The notes under the pieces are model-generated. The model was not told the origin of the DNA and ran no database searches. It was given only the letters and a program-made list of their open reading frames with translations. A DNA stretch of 32,000 bases from Candidatus Saccharimonadota bacterium (GTDB taxonomy: Archaea > Nanobdellota > Nanobdellia > Pacearchaeales > GW2011-AR1), in the NCBI GenBank assembly GCA_026002795.1, contig BPGA01000001.1:300001-332000 (forward strand), given 5' to 3'. The translations under genes were made by a program, and so were the position numbers. Shown piece after piece: positions 9,093 through 18,158 of the stretch; positions within the stretch are counted from its first letter, which is position 1; each line of letters starts with the position of its first letter.

Positions 9093-10049
9093 ATGGACAT
9101 CAACGAAAAAATAGAGCTTGTTAAGAGAAACTGTGTGGAAATTGTTAATGAGGATAAAATAAAAGAATTTATAAAAAATGGTGTTGCTTATTGTGGATAT
9201 GAAGTTTCTGGAGAGATACATTTAGGACATTTGGTAACTATTTTAAAACTTAAAGATCTTCAAGATGCCGGAATTAAAATTAAAGTTTTGCTTGCAGATT
9301 GGCATACTTGGCTAAATAAAAAAGGAGATTGGAATTTTGTGAATGATCAACTTTTACAGTGGGAAAAAGGCTTTAAAGCATTAGGATTAAAATCAGAAAT
9401 TATAAAAGGAATGAGTTATCAAACAAAAAAAGAGTATTTTGAAGATGTTTTAAAATTAGCGTTGAAAGTGACTGTTAAGAGAGGAATTAGATCAATGCAG
9501 CAAGTTGCAAGAGATATAGAAAACGCGAAAATAAGCCAGATTATTTATCCTTTAATGCAAGTAGTTGATGTTAAATTTTTAAAGACAAATTTTGTTGTCG
9601 CAGGTATAGATCAAAGAAAAATTTATATGTTGGGGATTGACGAAGGAAAAGAAATCTCTTTACAAGAAGCAGTTTATCTTTATACACCTATAATTCCAAG
9701 TCTTCGAGGTAAAGAAGGAAAAATGTCTAGTTCTATAAAAGAAAGCCTCATTTCAATTAGAGACACCGAAGAAAAGATTAAAGAGAAAATAAATAAAGCA
9801 TATTGTAAAAGAGGTGATTTAGAAAATAATCCTGTACTAGCAATAGCTAAACTCATTGTTTTTCCAAAATTCAAAGAGATTGAAATTAAAAGAAAAAAAG
9901 AGTATGGCAAAAATATTACTTTTAAAAGTTATTTAGATCTAGAAAGAGATTTTGAGGCGGGAAAAATCCATCCTTCTGATTTAAAAAATTCAATATCAGA
10001 GTATCTCGAAAGAATTATAAAACCTATAAGAGAGAATTGGAAAAACTAA
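9093..10049 (+). CDS. tyrS: tyrosyl-tRNA synthetase (archaeal type)
   Basis: HIGH-type motif GEIHLGH and KMSKS-type motif KMSSS are present. By eye it is collinear with the M. jannaschii TyrRS sequence (for example YPLMQVVD vs YPIMQVND, KINKAYC vs KIKKAYC, HPSDLKN vs HPMDLKN). Confidence 0.9.
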   Translation: MDINEKIELVKRNCVEIVNEDKIKEFIKNGVAYCGYEVSGEIHLGHLVTILKLKDLQDAGIKIKVLLADWHTWLNKKGDWNFVNDQLLQWEKGFKALGLKSEIIKGMSYQTKKEYFEDVLKLALKVTVKRGIRSMQQVARDIENAKISQIIYPLMQVVDVKFLKTNFVVAGIDQRKIYMLGIDEGKEISLQEAVYLYTPIIPSLRGKEGKMSSSIKESLISIRDTEEKIKEKINKAYCKRGDLENNPVLAIAKLIVFPKFKEIEIKRKKEYGKNITFKSYLDLERDFEAGKIHPSDLKNSISEYLERIIKPIRENWKN

Positions 10050-10064
10050 AAAGTTTTTAATTTT

Positions 10065-10961
10065 TTATTTTGTCTTAAATTCAACTACATCTAAATCCTT
10101 TAATACATGTTTTAATCCAACAATTTGTCCGGGAAACTTTGAACTAGGACCCCAAATTCTCGCTTCTTTTATTTTAACATTATTTGGAAAAATTTTTTTA
10201 GAAAGAATTTCGATGGTAGTGTCTTTCTCTAAAATTATTGGTTTTTCGTCTTTTTCTTTTCCAGGCTCTTTAGTATAAACCCTTATTTTATCAAAACAAT
10301 TGAAAATTCTTTCTTTTAATTTTTCAATATCATTACTCTTTTCTAAATTTATGAGAAAAAAATTAAACTTTTTTGTTTTTAAATTAGCCTCAACTTTTCT
10401 TTCATCTACATTTTCCTTTAAATTAAAAACTATTAACTTTTTTCCTCTGACATTGGGTAAATAACTTTCTATTAAAGGAATTTCTTCTAAAGAAGATACT
10501 AAGATCAAAATTAAATCAGCAGTATTAACAAGGCCTTTGTTATAGTATTCTGATCCTATAGCAGGCACCTCAATAATTTGTATTTTTACACCATAAAAAT
10601 CCATTGTTCCAACAACAGGCTCTTTTGTTGTAAAAGGATAAGGAGCAATTTGTGGAGAGCTATTTGTTAACAAAGACAAGAGTTTTGATTTTCCTACATT
10701 AGTAAAACCAATAATAACTGCTTGCAAATCTTCTTTTTTTATTCCTTGTTTTCCTCCTTTTTTTGTTTTTTTCTTTTTTTCTAGTTTTTCCTGTAATCTT
10801 TTTAATCTCGACTTTAATTCAGCCCTTAAATTTTCAGCCCCTTTATGATCTGGCGCCAAAGAAATCATTTTTTTTAAAGCCTCAATTTTTCTTTCTAAGT
10901 CTTTTTCAGCTAGATACTCTTTTTCAGCTTTAATATACTCGGGCGAGGCATTTACAGGCAT
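10065..10961 (-). CDS. DRG-like GTP-binding protein with C-terminal TGS domain (shortened)
   Basis: P-loop GFTNVGKS, G2 region PFTT, and a C-terminal TGS-like ARIWGPSSKFPGQIVGLKHVLKDLDVVEF. I prefer the start at 10961 (MPVNAS...). The track start at 10979 would cover the TTTAAA box of the divergent mpg gene. Confidence 0.75.
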   Translation of the reverse strand: MPVNASPEYIKAEKEYLAEKDLERKIEALKKMISLAPDHKGAENLRAELKSRLKRLQEKLEKKKKTKKGGKQGIKKEDLQAVIIGFTNVGKSKLLSLLTNSSPQIAPYPFTTKEPVVGTMDFYGVKIQIIEVPAIGSEYYNKGLVNTADLILILVSSLEEIPLIESYLPNVRGKKLIVFNLKENVDERKVEANLKTKKFNFFLINLEKSNDIEKLKERIFNCFDKIRVYTKEPGKEKDEKPIILEKDTTIEILSKKIFPNNVKIKEARIWGPSSKFPGQIVGLKHVLKDLDVVEFKTK

Positions 10962-10967
10962 AATAAC

Positions 10968-10973
10968 TTTAAA
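10968..10973 (+). promoter_or_regulatory. TATA-box-like TTTAAA for mpg
   Basis: ctTTTAAAcc lies 21 nt upstream of the ATG at 10995. Confidence 0.4.
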
Positions 10974-10994
10974 CCTCATTAAATTAAAAAACTT

Positions 10995-11534
10995 ATGAAA
11001 AAAACACTAAATAACGAATTTTTTAGCAGAAACGCGTCTTTAGTTGCTAAAGAAATTCTCGGAAAAATTATCGCGAGGAAAATTGGAAAAAAAATTTTAA
11101 AAGCAAAAATAGTTGAGACAGAGGCTTATTTTGATGAAAACGATCCTGCTTCAAGAGCTGTTCAAAAAGGAGATATTAGAGAGACAATGCTAATGGATCC
11201 TGGAACTATTTTAGTTTACGGTGTTCACAACAATTGGCTTTTAAACATTGTGACAAATAAAAAAGGTAAAGCAGAAGCTATTCTAATTAGAGCTTTAGAG
11301 CCTTTAAATTTTAAAGAAAAAACAAACGGTCCCGGACTTTTAACAAAAGCACTAAACATAGATAAAAAATTTCACAAGAAGAACATACTCTCTTCAAAAG
11401 AAATTTGGCTAGAAAAAAATGAAATCGATGGAAATTTTGAAATTGTTGAAAGTTTTAGAATAGGAGTTAAAAAAGATTTGAATTTAAAACTTAGATACTT
11501 TATTAAAAACAATAAATTCGTAAGCAAAAAATAA
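10995..11534 (+). CDS. mpg: DNA-3-methyladenine glycosylase, AAG/MPG family
   Basis: AKEILGK, ..IVETEAY....DPASRA, GTILVYGVHNNWLLNIVT, AILIRALEP and NGPGLLTKALNI follow the conserved order of the MPG family. Confidence 0.85.
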   Translation: MKKTLNNEFFSRNASLVAKEILGKIIARKIGKKILKAKIVETEAYFDENDPASRAVQKGDIRETMLMDPGTILVYGVHNNWLLNIVTNKKGKAEAILIRALEPLNFKEKTNGPGLLTKALNIDKKFHKKNILSSKEIWLEKNEIDGNFEIVESFRIGVKKDLNLKLRYFIKNNKFVSKK

Positions 11535-11543
11535 GTGAAGAAA

Positions 11544-12311
11544 ATGAGCGAAGAAATACTAAAAAAAATAATTTCAAAAAAAGAGTATTCTCAAATAAAC
11601 ATGAACGACGTGGAAAAAGTTTTTAATCTTTTTAAAAACAAAAGGATATCAGAAGAAGAGAAAATAAAGAGAACGAGAAGAATTCTTCACGAAATTTTTG
11701 GGGTTTTTTTAACTAAAAAAATTCTTAAAAATAAAAAACTAATTCCTGAAGAAATTTTAAAAAACCACATTTCTACAAAAGAAAGATTTCCTTACTATAA
11801 AAAAATTTATAGAAGAATCTTCAAAGGATTGAAAGAATTTAGTGTTGTGGATCTTGGATGTGGTGTTAATGGCTTTAGTTACATCTTTTTTAAAGAATTA
11901 GGTTATAATGTTAATTATTTAGGAATCGATTCTGTAACAATATTTTCAGAGATTTCTAATGCTTTTTTTAATAAAAATAATTTTAGAGGAAAAGTTTTAG
12001 AAACGAGTTTATTTTCTTTAAAAGAAATCAAAAAAGCAATAATAAAACAAAAAAAACCAAGGGTTTTACTTTTAATGAAGGTTATTGATTCATTAGAGAA
12101 AGTAGAAAGAAACCACACAAAAAAACTTCTTTTTGAGATCTCAGGTTATTTTGAAAGAATAGTTTTAAGTGTTCCTACAGAAAGCCTAATAAAAAGAAAA
12201 AAATTCTTAGTTAAAAGAAATTGGATTTCTAATTTTATTAAAGAAAACTTTTTAATACTTGACTCTTTTGAAATTCCATCTGAAAAATTTTTTGTTTTTA
12301 GAGCAAAATGA
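11544..12311 (+). CDS. SAM-dependent methyltransferase resembling the ArmA/RmtB (FmrO) 16S rRNA m7G1405 methyltransferase family
   Basis: SAM motif I is VVDLGCGVNG. By-eye collinearity with recalled ArmA/RmtB includes ILKKIISKKEY, RRILHEIFGVF, HISTKERF, LLLMKVIDSLEKVE and IVLSVPTESL. The length of about 255 aa matches. The track start at 11535 is GTG, and ATG at 11544 is preferred. Confidence 0.6.
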   Translation: MSEEILKKIISKKEYSQINMNDVEKVFNLFKNKRISEEEKIKRTRRILHEIFGVFLTKKILKNKKLIPEEILKNHISTKERFPYYKKIYRRIFKGLKEFSVVDLGCGVNGFSYIFFKELGYNVNYLGIDSVTIFSEISNAFFNKNNFRGKVLETSLFSLKEIKKAIIKQKKPRVLLLMKVIDSLEKVERNHTKKLLFEISGYFERIVLSVPTESLIKRKKFLVKRNWISNFIKENFLILDSFEIPSEKFFVFRAK

Positions 12312-13510
12312 AACTTTATAATAAAAAATTATCGAACGGCTTAAAAATAATTTTTGAAAAAAGAAATTTACCAATTGTTAGTTTTGCAATTGCGGTTAAG
12401 CGTGGAGGAATTCATGAGACATCTTCTGAAAGAGGAATTTCGCATTTAATTGAACATATGCTTTATAAAGGAACAAAAAAAAGAAATTCAAAACAAATAG
12501 CAGAAGAAATTGAAAAAAGAGGAGGTATTTTAAATGGCTTTACAGATGAGACATTAACTGCTTATTGGTGCAAATTACAAAATAAACATCTAGAAATAGC
12601 GTTTGATATTTTAAGTGATATGATCAAAAATCCTCTTTTTGATAAAATAGAACTAGAAAAAGAAAAAAAAGTTATAATAGAAGAAATAAAAATGTATAAA
12701 AATGATCCAATGAGTTATGTTAATCTAAAAATTCAAGAGTGCCTTTATAAAAAACCGTTTTCAATTCCTTTAATAGGAACAGAAAAAATCTTAAAAGACA
12801 TCACAAGAGAGAAACTTATTAAAGAGCATCAAAACAGCTACCAACCAAGAAATATGTTTTTATGTGTTGTCGGAGGCGCAGATTTTAATGAAATTGTTAG
12901 ACTAGCTAAAAAATATTTTTTAATTGAAAATAAAAAAACAAGAATAAAAAAATATATTCCTATAATAAAAAATACCGAAGAAAAAGAAAAAAGAAAGGAT
13001 TTAGATCAAGCCCATTTAATTTTAGGTTATCACACAAAAAAATTACAAGAAAAAGGATCTTATGCTTCTTATATTCTAAGTTATTTGATGGCAGGCGGAA
13101 TCTCTTCTAGGCTTTTTCAAGAGATAAGAGAAAAAAGAAATCTTGCATATGCTATAACACACCATACAGAATTACGAAAAGATTATGCTTATTCAACAAT
13201 TTATGCAGGTATTAAAAAAAATAGCATCGAAGAAGTAAAAAAATTAATTCTTGACGAATTTGAAAAGATTTCAAAAGATCTTGGCGAAGAAGAATTTAAT
13301 AAAATTAAAGAACAAGTTATAGGAAATAATTATATATTAAAGGAAGATTCTCTTTCAAGAATGATAGAAATTTTATATGACGAGGCAAACGACAATTTAA
13401 AAAAAGAGAATTTTGAAGAGAATATAAGAAAAATTAAAATAGATGACGTTAAAAATCTTGCTAAATCGGTTTTAAAAAAACATAGTCTTTTTGTTTTATC
13501 TCCAAATTAA
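12308..13510 (+). CDS. M16 (pitrilysin) family zinc peptidase
   Basis: The inverted zinc motif HLIEHMLYKGT (HxxEH) is followed by a downstream acidic region (EIEKRGG..NGFTDE). The 400-aa length is typical of single-chain archaeal and bacterial M16B. The start overlaps the upstream stop (ATGA). Confidence 0.85.
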   Translation: MKLYNKKLSNGLKIIFEKRNLPIVSFAIAVKRGGIHETSSERGISHLIEHMLYKGTKKRNSKQIAEEIEKRGGILNGFTDETLTAYWCKLQNKHLEIAFDILSDMIKNPLFDKIELEKEKKVIIEEIKMYKNDPMSYVNLKIQECLYKKPFSIPLIGTEKILKDITREKLIKEHQNSYQPRNMFLCVVGGADFNEIVRLAKKYFLIENKKTRIKKYIPIIKNTEEKEKRKDLDQAHLILGYHTKKLQEKGSYASYILSYLMAGGISSRLFQEIREKRNLAYAITHHTELRKDYAYSTIYAGIKKNSIEEVKKLILDEFEKISKDLGEEEFNKIKEQVIGNNYILKEDSLSRMIEILYDEANDNLKKENFEENIRKIKIDDVKNLAKSVLKKHSLFVLSPN

Positions 13511-13523
13511 ATTAATTTCTAAA

Positions 13524-14330
13524 ATGCTACTGGTTAAAGTCCCTTTAATTAATGGATTGAAAAGAACAGAAGGTTGTGAAAACGCAGGAAATTTTATTAT
13601 AAATTCTTTAAGAGATATCTTTTCTAACGAAGAAGATAAAAAAATAGATGTAAAAAGTTTAGATTTAGAGGAGATACATATTGACAAAAATAATCTTGAA
13701 GAAGCCAACAAACTTATCTATAAAAATTCCTTCAAAATTTTTGAAACAAAAGAGAGGACGATTTTCTTAGGAGGTGATCATTCTATAAGTTTTTCAATTT
13801 GCAAAGCTTTTTTAGATTATTGTAAAGAAAAAAATAAAGAACCTTGTTTAATTATTTTTGATGCCCACGCTGATTGTATGTATCCTATAGATAAAAAAAT
13901 TCCCACTCATGAAGAATGGGTATATTCTCTTATAAGTTTTGGTTTTCCTAAAGAGAATATTCTTATTGTTGGTGTTAGAAATATAGAAGAATCAGAAAAA
14001 GAATTTATTAAAGAAAATAAAATAAAGTTAATAAAAATGTCTAACATTTTAGAAGATTTAGAGAACATATGTGATACAATCATGGAATTTACAAATAAAA
14101 AAGAAACTTATATTTCAATAGATATTGATGTTATTGATCCCGCTTTTGCTCCAGGAACTGCCTTTAAAGAAGTTGGTGGTTTTTCTTCTAGGGAGTTTAT
14201 TTATTTAATACAAAGACTTAAAAAAATTAAAACTCTTAGAGGAGTTGATATCGTTGAGGTAAATCCAAGCAAAGACAAAGAAGAACTAACAATAAAACTA
14301 GGCGCCAAAATAGTTTCAGAATTAATTTAA
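13524..14330 (+). CDS. arginase/agmatinase/formiminoglutamase-family ureohydrolase
   Basis: Mn-binding motifs GGDHSIS, DAHADC and SIDIDVIDPAFAPGT are present, plus GGFSSRE...GVDIVEVNP. The track start at 13491 overlaps the upstream gene, so ATG at 13524 is preferred. Confidence 0.85.
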   Translation: MLLVKVPLINGLKRTEGCENAGNFIINSLRDIFSNEEDKKIDVKSLDLEEIHIDKNNLEEANKLIYKNSFKIFETKERTIFLGGDHSISFSICKAFLDYCKEKNKEPCLIIFDAHADCMYPIDKKIPTHEEWVYSLISFGFPKENILIVGVRNIEESEKEFIKENKIKLIKMSNILEDLENICDTIMEFTNKKETYISIDIDVIDPAFAPGTAFKEVGGFSSREFIYLIQRLKKIKTLRGVDIVEVNPSKDKEELTIKLGAKIVSELI

Positions 14331-14352
14331 ATAAAAATTAAAAAAACACAAA

Positions 14353-14967
14353 ATGAACAAAAAACTTATGCTTTTAATCCTGTCAGATGTTTTGATTTTA
14401 AGTAGTTTTGGACTTATAGGTCCTATTTTTGCAATTTTTATCATAGAAAATTTAGAAAACGGAACAATAGTTACAGCAGGTTTAGCAACAACAATTTTTT
14501 TAATTGTTAAATCAGTTTTTCAACTTCCTCTTTCTAGGTATCTAATTGATAAAGAAAAACATAAAACAAGATCTCTTTTAGCAGGAACTTTTTTAATTGT
14601 TTTAGTTCCTTTTATTTACTTTTTTTCAAAAAGCGTATACACAATTTTTTTTGCCCAGGTTATTTATGGCCTAGGCGCTGCAATGGCCTATCCTTCATGG
14701 TTTAGTTTATTTACAACTTATATAGATAAAAGACATAAAGGATTTGAATATACCTTATGGAGTACAGGTGTCGGTATAGGAACAGCACTCTCTGCATATT
14801 TTGGAGCCCAAATAGCAGATATTTTGGGGTTTAGAGTTTTATTTTTTGTTGTTGGAATAATTGCATTAGCAGGGTTTTCTCTTTTAATTGTTTTAGATAG
14901 AATAGATGGCAGAGCTAAAAAAGAGCAAAAACTTCCTCCCGAGATCTCTTCGCATATGAAAAAGTGA
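14353..14967 (+). CDS. six-helix MFS-like membrane protein (half-size)
   Basis: About six hydrophobic segments, with an MFS-like loop between TM2 and TM3 (LSRYLIDKEKHKTRS). At 204 aa it is roughly the N-domain of a 12-TM MFS transporter. Confidence 0.5.
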   Translation: MNKKLMLLILSDVLILSSFGLIGPIFAIFIIENLENGTIVTAGLATTIFLIVKSVFQLPLSRYLIDKEKHKTRSLLAGTFLIVLVPFIYFFSKSVYTIFFAQVIYGLGAAMAYPSWFSLFTTYIDKRHKGFEYTLWSTGVGIGTALSAYFGAQIADILGFRVLFFVVGIIALAGFSLLIVLDRIDGRAKKEQKLPPEISSHMKK

Positions 14968-14969
14968 AA

Positions 14970-15494
14970 ATGATAAGGGCATTTATTTCTATAGATCCTC
15001 CTGAAGATGTTGTTAATAAAATAAAAGAAATTCAAGATTCTTTACCAAATTTTAAAGGAAAAAAGACAGAAGTAGAAAATCTTCACTTAACTTTGAAATT
15101 TTTAGGGAACATAGATGAAAAAACACTTGAATTAGTAAAACAAAAATTAAGGAAAATCAATTTTAGAAAATTTGAGGCTGAAGTTGACTCTTTGGGCGTT
15201 TTTTCACCCAAATTTATAAAAATAATTTGGCTGCACATTAAAGGTCCTGAAAAAATTCAGTCTGAAATTGATGTTTCTTTGTCTGACTTGTTTGAAAAAG
15301 AAAAAAGATTTATGAGCCATATGACAATAGCAAGAGTTAAAAAAATAGAAAATAAAAAAAATTTTTTAGAACAGCTTAAGAAAATAAAAATTCCAAAAAT
15401 AAAATTTATAGTAGAAAACTTTAAATTAAAAAAGTCAACACCGACAGAAGAAAAACCTATTTATGAAACAATAGAATCTTATTCTCTAAAATAA
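14970..15494 (+). CDS. thpR: RNA 2',3'-cyclic phosphodiesterase / 2'-5' RNA ligase (LigT/ThpR, 2H family)
   Basis: Two H-x-T/S-x motifs, HLTLKFLG and HMTIARV, sit at the expected spacing. The track start at 14964 is GTG, and ATG at 14970 is preferred. Confidence 0.8.
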   Translation: MIRAFISIDPPEDVVNKIKEIQDSLPNFKGKKTEVENLHLTLKFLGNIDEKTLELVKQKLRKINFRKFEAEVDSLGVFSPKFIKIIWLHIKGPEKIQSEIDVSLSDLFEKEKRFMSHMTIARVKKIENKKNFLEQLKKIKIPKIKFIVENFKLKKSTPTEEKPIYETIESYSLK

Positions 15495-15544
15495 AAATCT
15501 TAAAATAAAAAATTTTTTAAATAAAAATATAATTAAAAAAATTA

Positions 15545-15913
15545 ATGAAAGTTAAAGACTTAGCCGAATCTTATCTAAATTGTGCTTTTTCTTTATGTAA
15601 TAATAACGAAGACATTTCTATGGATTCTTTTTATGAAAATCTTCGAAAAGAAATTTCTAGAAAATTTGGTGTAGAAGAATCAATTTTAACCTATATAGAT
15701 CATCCATTTCATTGGTTTCTTTTTTTAGATGAAGAGAGCCCTTTTGAAATTTATCAACAATCAAAAGGAGTTAATGGAAAAACTCTTGTTAGAATTAAAT
15801 CAAAAGAACTTACTAAAGACATTAAAACAGAGGAGCAAGTTGAAAAATTTTTAAAAAAATATGAAGGTTTGTTAGAAAGAAAAATTGAAAGACATCTTTA
15901 CAATCTATCCTAA
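15545..15913 (+). CDS. hypothetical protein (122 aa)
   Basis: Clean ORF with non-repetitive composition. I recognise no motif. Confidence 0.5.
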   Translation: MKVKDLAESYLNCAFSLCNNNEDISMDSFYENLRKEISRKFGVEESILTYIDHPFHWFLFLDEESPFEIYQQSKGVNGKTLVRIKSKELTKDIKTEEQVEKFLKKYEGLLERKIERHLYNLS

Positions 15914-15925
15914 TTTTTCATATCT

Positions 15926-16555
15926 TTAATACTTTTCATTTATGATTTTTAAAATAATATCTGCTTTTTTACCTAAAATTTCTCTTAAGCTTTTTTCATC
16001 TGAATTAATAAAATTTCTTATTGTCTTAAACTTTTTTAGAATTTTTTTAGAAGTTTTTGGTCCTATTCCAGGAAAACTTTCTACAATAAATTTTAACTGT
16101 TCTTTTTTTGATCTAGCTTTCCTTTTTACTTTTAAAGAAATTTCTTTTTTTTGTTTTTTAGCTAATAAAAACAAGTATTTTGCCGTTTCTTCATAATCTC
16201 TAGTAAAAATTACAGGGACTTTATGTTTTAAAATTATAGACAATAAAAAACCCCTTATAGCATTTGAATTTAACTTACTATTGAGTTTATTATCAAAATC
16301 TTCGCTTATTCCTTCAATAATAAGAATCTTTCTTTCAAAAGGCTTTAAATTCTCTATTTGCATTAAAATTCTTTTATTTAACATAGAAGAAACAAAATCA
16401 TTAAAGGATTTTCTTTCAATTAAGGTTCCATTTGCTATATAATCACCAACTTTTAAATTTGAAAATTCAATGTTAATTCCTAAATCAATAAGTTCAGAAA
16501 CAACAAGAGAATTTTTTTCTCTATAATCTACAATAATCTTTATTTCTTTTTTCAT
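15926..16555 (-). CDS. Hef/XPF-type ERCC4 nuclease with C-terminal HhH2 (stand-alone nuclease half)
   Basis: The ERCC4 signature is VDYREK ... VGDYI...LIERKSFNDFVSS. The C-terminal helix-hairpin-helix is FPGIGPKTSKKILKKF ... LREILGKKADII. Confidence 0.85.
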   Translation of the reverse strand: MKKEIKIIVDYREKNSLVVSELIDLGINIEFSNLKVGDYIANGTLIERKSFNDFVSSMLNKRILMQIENLKPFERKILIIEGISEDFDNKLNSKLNSNAIRGFLLSIILKHKVPVIFTRDYEETAKYLFLLAKKQKKEISLKVKRKARSKKEQLKFIVESFPGIGPKTSKKILKKFKTIRNFINSDEKSLREILGKKADIILKIINEKY

Positions 16556-16562
16556 TTTTAAA

Positions 16563-18128
16563 CTACTTTATATAAAAATCAAGATTTCTTTGTGTTTCTT
16601 TATCTTTTTGTATTTTTTTATTACTTGTCTTTTCCTTAATGTTATTTATAGCCAACAACATCTTTTTTTCTTTTGATTTTGATGTGTAAAAATTAACCTC
16701 ATCTCTTGTTTTTTTAGTTATTAAAATTATTAACTTTCCTTCTTTTAATCTTGCGGTTCTTCCAGCTCTTTGAATTGTTCTAATTGCACTAGGTACAGGC
16801 TCATAAAAAATAACAACATCAACCTCGGGAATATCAAGACCCTCTTCGCCAACAGAAGTTGCACATAAAACATTAATCTTCTTTATTGTAAACTCTTCAA
16901 TTATCTTTTTCTGCTCTTTTTGTGTTAGTCCTTTTTCATGTTTTTGTTTTTTTGATTGCCCAATAAAAATTTCTGATTTAACTCCCGGAACTTTTTTTAA
17001 TTCAGAAGAAATCATGTTTGCTGTTTCTCTAAAATGGGTGAAGATTAAAATTTTTACTTCTTTATTCTTTTCTAATTCTTTTTTAACAATTTCTTTTATT
17101 TTTCCTAACTTAGGATGTTCTAAATTTTTTGCTAAAATCTCATTTGTTTTTATAAAAACTTTATTAAACTCTGGTTTTTTTACTAAAGAAATTACAGCTT
17201 TATTTTCTTTTTTTTCTGCCTGCCTGAAAAGTTCTTTTAAGTAGTTATTAAGGCCTTTAAGAGATTGTGTTTCTAAAAGCTCTATAGCATGAAAGATTTT
17301 TAAAGCAGAAGCACAAGATTTCATTCCTAACAAAAAGTTATAATTTTTATTTCCTGTAGAGATTAATAAAAAAAGTTTTTTTTGTAGTTTTACAAGATTT
17401 GTTTTTGTTGGCGGTCCAAAAAGAAGGTGTCTTTTTTTTAAATCTTCAACATAACTTTTTAAAATGTTTTTTAAGAGGTCGCGTATTTCTAAAAAATCTT
17501 TAGGAAGCTCTACATTTACAATTTCAACTTCTAATTTTTTAAGATAAGGCTTGACATCTTCACTTTCTCTTGTTCTTATTTCTATAGCTTCTATACCAAG
17601 ATTTTCACATATTTCTTTTATTTTTGAAATCTCGCTTCCAGGAGAGGCAGTTAAACCAATTATTCTTACATTTTTAGAATCTTTTATATACCTTTTTGCT
17701 ATGTAAGTATAATCATAGTTTTTTATACATCTATGAGCCTCATCTTCTACCAAAAGACATACTTCTTTTAAATCATAATTTCCTTTTTTTAAATCATTAG
17801 AAGTACATTGAGGTGTTGAGAAAATTATTCTATTTTTTTCCCATAATTCTTTTCTTTTTTCAGATTTTACTTTTCCAGTAAATAAACACATAGGAAAAGT
17901 ATCTCCTAGATGAAATTTAAAAAAGTTATAATGTTGCTCTGCTAAAGGCTTTGTCGGAGCCAAAAATAAAACCTTTTTCTCAGGAAAAAGATTTAGTCTT
18001 TCTAGAGAGACCATTAAAGCAATAAGTGTTTTTCCGAGTCCTGTTGGAAGAATCACAAGGCAATTACTTTTTATACAAGTTTCAGCTATTTTTTTCTGAT
18101 AAACTCTTGGTTCTATTTTTAAATTCAT
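16563..18128 (-). CDS. Hef-type superfamily 2 helicase (stand-alone helicase half)
   Basis: Motif I LPTGLGKT, motif II VEDEAH, motif III LTASPG and motif VI QRAGRTAR are present. There is an inserted helical domain between the RecA lobes, as in Hef/FANCM/Mph1. Confidence 0.9.
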   Translation of the reverse strand: MNLKIEPRVYQKKIAETCIKSNCLVILPTGLGKTLIALMVSLERLNLFPEKKVLFLAPTKPLAEQHYNFFKFHLGDTFPMCLFTGKVKSEKRKELWEKNRIIFSTPQCTSNDLKKGNYDLKEVCLLVEDEAHRCIKNYDYTYIAKRYIKDSKNVRIIGLTASPGSEISKIKEICENLGIEAIEIRTRESEDVKPYLKKLEVEIVNVELPKDFLEIRDLLKNILKSYVEDLKKRHLLFGPPTKTNLVKLQKKLFLLISTGNKNYNFLLGMKSCASALKIFHAIELLETQSLKGLNNYLKELFRQAEKKENKAVISLVKKPEFNKVFIKTNEILAKNLEHPKLGKIKEIVKKELEKNKEVKILIFTHFRETANMISSELKKVPGVKSEIFIGQSKKQKHEKGLTQKEQKKIIEEFTIKKINVLCATSVGEEGLDIPEVDVVIFYEPVPSAIRTIQRAGRTARLKEGKLIILITKKTRDEVNFYTSKSKEKKMLLAINNIKEKTSNKKIQKDKETQRNLDFYIK

Positions 18129-18158
18129 TAAAAAACAACTATTCTCTAGATTAAAAAT

